DNA from: the human T2T-CHM13v2.0 reference genome, Homo sapiens
Direction: 5' to 3' (one strand)
DNA length: 64,000 nt
Assembly (NCBI RefSeq): GCF_009914755.1
Contig: NC_060925.1
Shown: one piece after another, positions 1-11,489 of the stretch
Position numbering within the stretch: position 1 is the first letter of the stretch
Layout: each line of letters opens with the position of its first letter
The notes under the pieces: generated by a model
The model's database searches: none
What the model was told of the DNA's origin: nothing
Seen by the model: the letters and a program-made list of their open reading frames with translations, nothing else
Program-made: the position numbers and the translations under genes

Positions 1-395
1 AATGGAATCGAATGGAATTATCGAATGCAATCGAATGGAATAATCGAATGCAATCGAATAGAATCATCGAATGGACTTGAAAGGAATCATCGATTGAAAT
101 GGAATGGAATAGTCAATGAACTCGAATGGAATCATCACTGAATGGAATCATCGAGTGGAATCGAATGGAATCATGATCAAATGGAATCGAAAGTAATCAT
201 CATCAAATGGAATCAAAATAACCATCATCAATTGGTATTGAATGGAATTGTCATCAAACGGAATTCAAAGGAATCATCATCAAATGGAACCGAATGGAAT
301 CCTCATTGAATGGAAATGAAAGGAGTCATCCTCTAATGGAATCGCATGGAATCATCATCAAATGGAATCGAATGGAATCATCATCAAATGGAATC

Positions 396-406
396 TAATG
401 GAATCA
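396..406 (+). promoter_or_regulatory. DUX4-consensus match TAATGGAATCA (site 1; recurs near the end of most monomers)
   Basis: Exact match to the degenerate DUX4 consensus TAAYBBAATCA. DUX4 is known to bind and activate HSATII. Binding at this particular site is not demonstrated. Confidence 0.45.
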
Positions 407-906
407 TTGAACGGAATTGAATGGAATCGTCATCGAATGAATTGAATGCAATCAACGAATGGTCTCGAATGGAACCACCTCCAAATGGAATGGAATGGAA
501 TCATCGCATAGAATCGAATGGAATTATCATCGAATGGACCCGAATGGAATCAACATCAAACGGAATCAAACGGAATTATCGAATGGAATCGAAGAGAATC
601 ATCGAACGAGCTCGAATGGAATCATCTAATGGAATGGAATGGAAGAATCCATGGACTCGAATGCAATCATCATCGAATGGAATCGAATGGAATCATCGAA
701 TGGACTCGAATGGAATAATCATTGAACGGAATCGAATGGAATCATCATCGGATGGAAACGAATGGAATCATCAAATGGAATCAGATGGAATCATCAAATG
801 GAATCAGATGGAATCATCATCAAATGGAATCGAATAGAATTATGGAATGAAATCCAATGTGATCATCATTGAATGGACTCGAATGGAATCATCATCCAAT
901 GGAAAC

Positions 907-917
907 TAATGGAATCA
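907..917 (+). promoter_or_regulatory. DUX4-consensus match TAATGGAATCA (site 2; recurs mid-monomer)
   Basis: GGAAAC-TAATGGAATCA-AC matches TAAYBBAATCA and is present in essentially all monomers except the deleted one at 26725. Confidence 0.45.
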
Positions 918-1447
918 ACATCGAATGGAATCGAATGGAAACACCATCGAATTGAAACGAATGGAATTATCATGAAATTGAAATGGATGGACTCATCATC
1001 GAATGGATTCGAATGGAATCATCGAATGAAATTTATTGAAATCATCATCAAATGGAATCGAAAGGAATCATTGAATGGAATCGAATGGAATCATCATCAG
1101 ATGGAAATGAATGGAATCATCATAGAATGGAATTGCATGGATTCATTGAATGGAATCAGATGGAATCATCGAATGGACTTGAATGGAATCGTTGAATGGA
1201 CTCGAATGGAATCATTATTGAATGGAATTGAATAGAATCATCGAATGGTCTCGAATGGAATCCTTATCAAATGAAGTCGAATGGAATCACCGAATAGAAT
1301 CGAATGGAACAATCATCGAATGGACTCAAATGGAATTATCCTCAAATGGAATCAAATGGATTCATCGAATGGAATCGAATTTAATTATCGAATGCAATCG
1401 AATAGAATCATCGAATGGACTCGAATGGAATCATCGAATGGAATGCA

Positions 1448-1461
1448 ATGGATTAATCCAT
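1448..1461. other. 14-bp perfect palindrome ATGGATTAATCCAT, specific to L-tail monomers
   Basis: The sequence equals its own reverse complement. It recurs once per L-tail monomer, is absent from S tails, and is mutated to ...TAATGCAT near 8311-8323. Confidence 0.85.
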
Positions 1462-1824
1462 GGACTCGAATTCAATCACCATCGAATACAATCGAATGGA
1501 GTCATCGAATCGACTCAAATGGAATAATCATTGAATGGAATCGAATGGAATCATCGAGTGGAATCGAATGGAATCATGATCAAATGGAATCGAATATAAT
1601 CATCATCAAATGGAATAAAAAATAAACATCATCAATTAGTATTGAATGGAATTGTCATCAAATGGAATTCAAAGGAATCATCATCAAATGGAACCGAATG
1701 GAATCCTCATTGAATGGAAATGAAAGGAGTCATCATCTAATGGAATCGCATGGAATCATCATCAAATGGAATCGAATGGAATCATCTTCAAATGGAATCT
1801 AAGGGAATCATTGAACGGAATTGA

Positions 1825-3231
1825 ATGGAATCGTCATCGAATGAATTGAATGCAATCAACGAATGGTCTCGAATGGAACCACCTCCAAATGGAAAGGAAT
1901 GGAATCATCGCATAGAATCGAATGGAATTATCATCGAATGGACTCGAATGGAATCAACATCTAACAGAATCAAACGGAATTATCGAATGGAATCGAAGAG
2001 AATCATCGAATGGACTCGAATGTAAACATCTAATGGAATGGAATGGAAGAATCCATGGTCTCGAATGCAATCATCATCGAATGGAATCGAATGGAATCAT
2101 CGAATGGACTCGAATGGAATAATCATTGAACGGAATCGAATGGAATCATCATCGGATGGAAACGAATGGAATCATCATCGAATGGAATCGAATGGGATCA
2201 TCAAATGGAATCAGATGGAATCATCATCAAATGGAATCCAATAGAATTATGGAATGAAATCCAATGTGATCATCATTGAATGGACTCGAATGGAATCATC
2301 ATCCAATGGAAAGTAATGGAATCAACATCGAATGGAATCGAATGGAAACACCATCGAATTGAAACGAATGGAATTATCATGAAATTGAAATGGATGGACT
2401 CATCATCGAATGGATTCGAATGGAATCATCGAATGAAATTGATTGAAATCATCATCAAATGGAATCGAATGGAATCATTGAATGCAATCGAATGGAATCA
2501 TCATCAGACGGAAATGAATGGAATCATCATAGAATGGAATCGAATGGATTCATTGAATGGAATCAGATGGAATCATCGAATGGACTTGAATGGAATCGTT
2601 GAATGGACTCGAATGGAATCATTATTGAATGGAATTGAATAGAATCATCGAATGGTCTCGAATGGAATCCTTATCAAATGAAGTCGAATGGAATCACCGA
2701 ATAGAATCGAATGGAACAATCATCGAATGGACTCAAATGGAATTATCTTCAAATGGAATCAAATGGATTTATCGAATGCAATCGAATGGAATTATCGAAT
2801 GCAATCGAATAGAATCATCGAATGGACTCGAATGGATTCATCGAATGGAATGCAATGGATTAATCCATGGACTCGAATTCAATCACCATCGAATACAATC
2901 GAATGGAGTCATCGAATCGACTCAAATGGAATAATCATTGAATGGAATCGAATGGAATCATCGAGTGGAATCGAATGGAATCATGATCAAATGGAATCGA
3001 ATGTAATCGTCGTCAAATGGAATCAAAAATAAACATCATCAATAGGTATTGAATGGAATTGTCATCAAACGGAATTCAAAGGAATCATCATCAAATGGAA
3101 CCGAATGGAATCCTCATTGAATGGAAATGAAAGGAGTCATCATCTAATGGAATCGCATGGAATCATCATCAAATGGAATCGAATGGAATCATCATCAAAT
3201 GGAATCTAATGGAATCATTGAACGGAATTGA
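1825..3231 (+). repeat. Representative long (L) monomer, 1407 bp
   Basis: Contains the 26-bp head block ending ...GAATGGGATCATC and the long tail GCAATGGATTAATCCATGGACTCGAATTCAATCACCATCGAATACAATC. It also has the linked markers TCCAATGTG and ATGAAGTCG. Confidence 0.93.
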
Positions 3232-4552
3232 ATGGAATCGTCATCGAATGAATTCAATGCAATCAACGAATGGTCTCGAATGGAACCACCTCCAAATGGA
3301 ATGGAATGGAATCATCGCATAGAATCGAATGGAATTATCATCGAATGGACTCGAATGGAATCAACATCAAACGGAATCAAACGGAATTATCGAATGGAAT
3401 CGAAGAGAATCATCGAACGGACTCGAATGGAATCATCTAATGGAATGGAATGGAAGAATCCATGGACTCGAATGCAATCATCATCGAATGGAATCGAATG
3501 GAATCATCGAATGGACTCGAATGGAATAATCATTGAACGGAATCGAATGGAATCATCATCGGATGGAAACGAATGGAATCATCAAATGGAATCAGATGGA
3601 ATCATCATCAAATGGAATCGAATAGAATTATGGAATGAAATCCATTGTGATCATCATCGAATGGACTCGAATGGAATCATCATCCAATGGAAAATAATGG
3701 AATCAACATCTAAAGGAATCGAATGGAAACACCATCGAATTGAAACGAATGGAATTATCATGAAATAGAAATGGATGGACTCATCATCGAATGGATTCGA
3801 ATGGAACCATCGAACGAAATTGATTGAAATCATCATCAAATGGAATCGAATGGAATCATTGAATGGAATCGAATGGAATCATCATCAGATGGAAATGAAT
3901 GGAATCATCATAGAATGGAATCGCATGGATTCATTGAATGGAATCAGATGGAATCATCGAATGGACTTGAATGGAATCATTGAATGGACTCGAATGGAAT
4001 CATTATTGAATGGAATTGAATAGAATCATCGAATGGTCTCGAATGGAATCATTATCAAATGGAATCGAATGGAATCACCGAATAGAATCGAATGGAACAA
4101 TCATCGAATGGACTCAAATGGAATTATCCTCAAATGGAATCGAATGGAATTAACGAATGCAATCGAATGGAATAATCGAATGCAATCGAATAGAATCATC
4201 GAATGGACTTGAAAGGAATCATCGATTGAAATGGAATGGAATAGTCAATGAACTCGAATGGAATCATCATTGAATGGAATCATCGAGTGGAATCGAATGG
4301 AATCATGATCAAATGGAATCGAAAGTAATCATCATCAAATGGAATCAAAATAACCATCATCAATTGGTATTGAATGGAAATGTCATCAAACGGAATTCAA
4401 AGGAATCATCATCAAATGGAACCGAATGGAATCCTCATTGAATGGAAATGAAAGGAGTCATCATCTAATGGAATCGCATGGAATCATTATCAAATGGAAT
4501 CGAATGGAATCATCATCAAATGGAATCTAATGGAATCATTGAACGGAATTGA
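3232..4552 (+). repeat. Representative short (S) monomer, 1321 bp
   Basis: Lacks the 26-bp head block and has the short tail GGACTTGAAAGGAATCATCGATTGAAATGGAATGGAATAGTCAATGAACTC. It has the linked marker TCCATTGTG. Confidence 0.93.
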
Positions 4553-7500
4553 ATGGAATCGTTATCGAATGAATTGAATGCAATCAACGAATGGTCTCGA
4601 ATGGAACAACCTCCAAATGGAATGGAATGGAATCATCGCATAGAATCGAATGGAATTATCATCGAATGGACTCGAATGGAATCAACATCAAACGGAATCA
4701 AACGGAATTATCGAATGGAATCGAAGAGAATCATCGAACGGGCTCGAATGGATTCATCTAATGGAATGGAATGGAAGAATCCATGGACTCGAATGCAATC
4801 ATCATCGAATGGAATCGAATGGAATCATCGAATGGACTCGAATGGAATAATGATTGAACGGAATCGAATGGAATCATCATCGGATGGAAACGAATGGAAT
4901 CATCATCGAATGGAATCGAATGGGATCATCAAAAGGAATCAGATGGAATCATCATCAAATGGAATCGAATGGAATTATGGAATGAAATCCAATGTGATCA
5001 TCATTGAATGGACTCGAATGGAATCATCATCCAATGGAAAGTAATGGAATCAACATCGAATGGAATCGAATGGAAACACCATCGAATTGAAACGAATGGA
5101 ATTATCATGAAATTGAAATGGATGGACTCATCATCGAATGGATTCGAATGGAATCATCGAATGAAATTGATTCAAATCATCATCAAATGGAATCGAATGG
5201 AATCATTGAATGGAATCGAATGGAATCATCATCAGATGGAAATGAATGGAATCATCATAGAAGGGAATCGCATGGATTCATTGAATGAAATCAGATGGAA
5301 TCATCGAATGGACTTGAATGTAATCGTTGAATGGACTCGAATGGAATCATTATTGAATGGAATTGAATAGAATCATCGAATGGTCTCGAATGGAATCATT
5401 ATCAAATGAAGTCGAATGGAATCACCGAATAGAATCGAATGGAACAATCATCGAATGGACTCAAATGGAATTATCCTCAAATGGAATCAAATGGATTTAT
5501 CGAATGCAATCGAATGGAATTATCGAATGCAATCGAATAGAATCATCGAATGGACTCGAATGGAATCATCGAATGGAATGCAATGGATTAATCCATGGAC
5601 TCGAATTCAATCACCATCGAATACAATCGAATGGAGTCATCGAATCGACTCAAATGGAATAATCATTGAATGGAATCGAATGGAATCATCGAGTGGAATC
5701 GAATGGAAGCATGATCAAATGGAATCGAACGTAATCATCATCAAATGGAATCAAAAATAAACATCATCAATTGGTATTGAATGGAATTGTCATCAAATGG
5801 AATTCAAAGGAATCATTATCAAATGGAACCGATTGGAATCCTCATTGAATGGAAATGAAAGGAGTCATCATCTAATGGAATCACATGGAATCATCATCAA
5901 ATGGAATCGAATGGAATCATCATCAAATGGAATCTAATGGAATCATTGAACGGAATTGAATGGAATCGTCATCGAATGAATTGAATGCAATCAACGAATG
6001 GTCTCGAAGGAACCACCTCTAAATGGAAAGGAATGGAATCATCGCATAGAATCGAATGGAATTATCGTTGAATGGACTCGAATGGAATCAACATCAAACA
6101 GAATCAAACGGAATTATCGAATGGAATCGAAGAGAATCATCGAATGGACTCGAATGGAATCATCTAATGGAATGGAATGGAAGAATCTATGGTCTCGAAT
6201 GCAATCATCATCGAATGGAATCGAATGGAATCATAGAATGGACTCGAATGGAATAATCATTGAACGGAATCGAATGGAATCACCATCGGATGGAAACGAA
6301 TGGAATCATCAAATGGAATCAGATGGAATCATCATCAAATGGAATCGAATACAATTATGGAATGAAATCCATTGTGATCATCATCGAATGGACTCGAATG
6401 GAATCATCATCCAATGGAAACTAATGGAATCAGCATCGAATGGAATCGAATGGAAACTCCATCGAATTGAAACGAATGGAATTATCATGAAATTGAAATG
6501 GATGGAATCATCATCGAATGGATTCGAATGGAATCATCGAATGAAATTGATTGAAATCATCATCAAATGGAATCGAATGGAATCATTGAATGGAATCGAA
6601 TGGAATCATCATCAAATGGAAATGAATGGAATCATCATAGAATGGAATCGAATGGATTCATTGAATGGAGTCAGATGGAATCATCGAATGGACTTGAATG
6701 GAATCATTGAATGGACTCGAATGGAATCATTATGGAATGGAATTGAATGGAATCATCGAATGGTCTCGAATGGAATCATTATCAAATGGAATCGAATGGA
6801 ATCACCGAATAGAATCGAATGGAACAATCATCGAATGGACTCAAATGGAATTATCCTCAAATGGAATCGAATGGAATTATCGAATGCAATCGAATGGAAT
6901 AATCGAATGCAATCGAATAGAATCATCGAATGGACTTGAAAGGAATCATCGATTGAAATGGAATGGAATAGTCAATGAACTCGAATGGAATCATCATTGA
7001 ATGGAATCATCGAGTGGAATCGAATGGAATCATGATCAAATGGAATCGAAAGTAATCATCATCAAATAGAATCAAAATAACCATCATCAATTGGTATTGA
7101 ATGGAATTGTCATCAAACGGAATTCAAAGGAATCATCATCAAATGGAACCGAATGGAATCCTCATTGAATGGAAATGAAAGGAATCATCCTCTAATGGAA
7201 TCGCATGGAATCATCATCAAATGGAATCGAATGGAATCATCATCAAATGGAATCTAATGGAATCATTGAACGGAATTGAATGGAATCGTCATCGAATGAA
7301 TTGAATGCAATCAACGAATGGTCTCGAATGGAACCATCTCCAAATGGAATGGAATGGAATCATCGCATAGAATCGAATGCAATTATCATCGAATGGACTC
7401 GAATGGAATCAACATCAAACGGAATCAAACGGAATTATCGAATGGAATCGAAGAGAATCATCGAACGGACTCGAATGGAATCATCTAATGGAATGGAATG

Positions 7501-10500
7501 GAAGAATTCATGGACTCGAATGCAATCATCATCGAATGGAATCGAATGGAATCATCGAATGGACTCGAATGGAATAATCATTGAACGGAATCGAATGGAA
7601 TCATCATCGGATGGAAACGAATGGAATCATCATCGAATGGAATCGAATGGGATCATCAAATGGAATCAGATGGAATCATCATCAAATGGAATCGAATAGA
7701 ATTATGGAATGAAATCCAATGTGATCATCATTGAATGGACTCGAATGTAATCATCATCCAATGGAAACTAATGGAATCAACATCGAATGGAATCGAATGG
7801 AAACACCATCGAATTGAAACGAATGGAATTATCATGAAATTGAAATGGATGGACTCATCATCGAATGGATTCGAATGGAATCATCGAATGAAATTGATTG
7901 AAATCATCATCAAATGGAATCGAAAGGAATCATTGAATGGAATCGAATGGAATCATCATCAGATGGAAATGAATGGAATCATAATAGAATGGAATTGCAT
8001 GGATTCATTGAATGGAATCAGATGGAATCATTGAATGGACTTGAATGGAATCGTTGAATGGACTCGAATGGAATCATTATTGAATGGAATTGAATAGAAT
8101 CATCGAATGGTCTCGAATGGAATCATTATCAAATGAAGTCGAATGGAATCACCGAATAGAATCGAATGGAACAATCATCGAATGGACTCAAATGGAATTA
8201 TCCTCAAATGGAATCAAATGGATTCATCGAATGCAATCGAATTTAATTATCGAATGCAATCGAATAGAATCATCGAATGGACTCGAATGGAATCATCGAA
8301 TGGAATGCAATGGATTAATGCATGGACTCGAATTCAATCACCATCGAATACAATCGAATGGAGTCATCGAATCGACTCAAATGGAATAATCATTGAATGG
8401 AATCGAATGGAATCATCGAGTGGAATCGAATGGAATCATGATCAAATGGAATCGAATATAATCATCATCAAATGGAATCAAAAATAAACATCATCAATTG
8501 GTATTGAATGGAATTGTCATCAAATGGAATTCAAAGGAATCATCATCAAATGGAACCGAATGGAATCCTCATTGAATGGAAATGAAAGGAGTCATCATCT
8601 AATGGAATCGCATGGAATCATCATCAAATGGAATCGAATGGAATCATCATCAAATGGAATCTAATGGAATCATTGAACGGAATTGAATGGAATCGTCATC
8701 GAATGAATTCAATGCAATCAACGAATGGTCTCGAATGTAACCACCTCCAAATGGAAAGTAATGGAATCATCGCATAGAATCGAATGGAATTTTCATTGAA
8801 TGGACTCGAATGGAATCAACATCAAATGGAATCAAACGGAATTATCGAATGGAATCGAAGAGAATCATCGAATGGACTCGAATGGAATCATCTAATGAAA
8901 TGGAATGGAAGAATCCATGGTCTCGAATGCAATCATCATCGAATGGAATCGAATGGAATCATCGAATGGACTCGAATGGAATAATCATTGAACGGAATCG
9001 AATGGAATCATCATCGGATGGAAACGAATGGAATCATCAAATAGAATCAGATGGAATCATCATCAAATGGAATCGAATAGAATTATGGAATGAAATCCAT
9101 TGTGATCATCATCGAATGGACTCGAATGGAATCATCATCCAATGGAAACTAATGGAATCAACATCGAATGGAATCGAATGGAAACTCCATCGAATTGAAA
9201 CGAATGGAATTATGAAATTGAAATGGATGGACTCATCATCGAATGGATTCGAATGGAATCATCGAATGAAATTGATTGAAATCATCATCAAATGGAATCG
9301 AATGGAATCATTGAATGGAATCGAATGGAATCATCATCAGATGGAAATGAATGGAATCATCATAGAATGGAATCGAATGGATTCATTGAATGGAATCAGA
9401 TGGAATCATCGAATGGACTTGAATGGAATCATTGAATGGACACGAATGGAATCATTATGGAATGGAATTGAATGGAATCATCGAATGGTCTCGAATAGAA
9501 TCATTATCAAATGGAATCGAATGGAATCACCGAATAGAATCGAATGAAACAATCATCGAATGGACTCAAATGGAATTATCCTCAAATGGAATCGAATGGA
9601 ATTATCGAATGCAATCGAATGGAATAATCGAATGCAATCGAATAGAATCATCGAATGGACTTGAAAGGAATCATCGATTGAAATGGAATGGAATAGTCAA
9701 TGAACTCGAATGGAATCATCACTGAATGGAATCATCGAGTGGAATCGAATGGAATCATGATCAAATGGAATCGAAAGTAATCATCATCAAATGGAATCAA
9801 AATAACCATCATCAATTGGTATTGAATGGAATTGTCATCAAACGGAATTCAAAGGAATCATCATCAAATGGAACCGAATGGAATCCTCATTGAATGGAAA
9901 TGAAAGGAGTCATCCTCTAATGGAATCGCATGGAATCATCATCAAATGGAATCGAATGGAATCATCATCAAATGGAATCTAATGGAATCATTGAACGGAA
10001 TTGAATGGAATCGTCATCGAATGAATTGAATGCAATCAACGAATGGTCTCGAATGGAACCACCTCCAAATGGAATGGAATGGAATCATCGCATAGAATCG
10101 AATGGAATTATCATCGAATGGACCCGAATGGAATCAACATCAAACGGAATCAAACGGAATTATCGAATGGAATCGAAGAGAATCATCGAACGAGCTCGAA
10201 TGGAATCATCTAATGGAATGGAATGGAAGAATCCATGGACTCGAATGCAATCATCATCGAATGGAATCGAATGGAATCATCGAATGGACTCGAATGGAAT
10301 AATCATTGAACGGAATCGAATGGAATCATCATCGGATGGAAACGAATGGAATCATCAAATGGAATCAGATGGAATCATCAAATGGAATCAGATGGAATCA
10401 TCATCAAATGGAATCGAATAGAATTATGGAATGAAATCCAATGTGATCATCATTGAATGGACTCGAATGGAATCATCATCCAATGGAAACTAATGGAATC

Positions 10501-11489
10501 AACATCGAATGGAATCGAATGGAAACACCATCGAATTGAAACGAATGGAATTATCATGAAATTGAAATGGATGGACTCATCATCGAATGGATTCGAATGG
10601 AATCATCGAATGAAATTTATTGAAATCATCATCAAATGGAATCGAAAGGAATCATTGAATGGAATCGAATGGAATCATCATCAGATGGAAATGAATGGAA
10701 TCATCATAGAATGGAATTGCATGGATTCATTGAATGGAATCAGATGGAATCATCGAATGGACTTGAATGGAATCGTTGAATGGACTCGAATGGAATCATT
10801 ATTGAATGGAATTGAATAGAATCATCGAATGGTCTCGAATGGAATCCTTATCAAATGAAGTCGAATGGAATCACCGAATAGAATCGAATGGAACAATCAT
10901 CGAATGGACTCAAATGGAATTATCCTCAAATGGAATCAAATGGATTCATCGAATGGAATCGAATTTAATTATCGAATGCAATCGAATAGAATCATCGAAT
11001 GGACTCGAATGGAATCATCGAATGGAATGCAATGGATTAATCCATGGACTCGAATTCAATCACCATCGAATACAATCGAATGGAGTCATCGAATCGACTC
11101 AAATGGAATAATCATTGAATGGAATCGAATGGAATCATCGAGTGGAATCGAATGGAATCATGATCAAATGGAATCGAATATAATCATCATCAAATGGAAT
11201 AAAAAATAAACATCATCAATTAGTATTGAATGGAATTGTCATCAAATGGAATTCAAAGGAATCATCATCAAATGGAACCGAATGGAATCCTCATTGAATG
11301 GAAATGAAAGGAGTCATCATCTAATGGAATCGCATGGAATCATCATCAAATGGAATCGAATGGAATCATCTTCAAATGGAATCTAAGGGAATCATTGAAC
11401 GGAATTGAATGGAATCGTCATCGAATGAATTGAATGCAATCAACGAATGGTCTCGAATGGAACCACCTCCAAATGGAAAGGAATGGAAT

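Noticed and set aside
1620-1627. AATAAA in many monomer tails as a polyadenylation signal
   Set aside because: It is a common hexamer in A-rich sequence, varies between units (AATAAC), and has no clear GU-rich downstream element. It cannot be supported without transcript 3'-end data.
3654-3839. Short minus-strand ORFs (also 20299-20484 and 37739-37921)
   Set aside because: They are 60-61 aa, arise from chance loss of a stop codon in single monomers, and are not conserved across copies.
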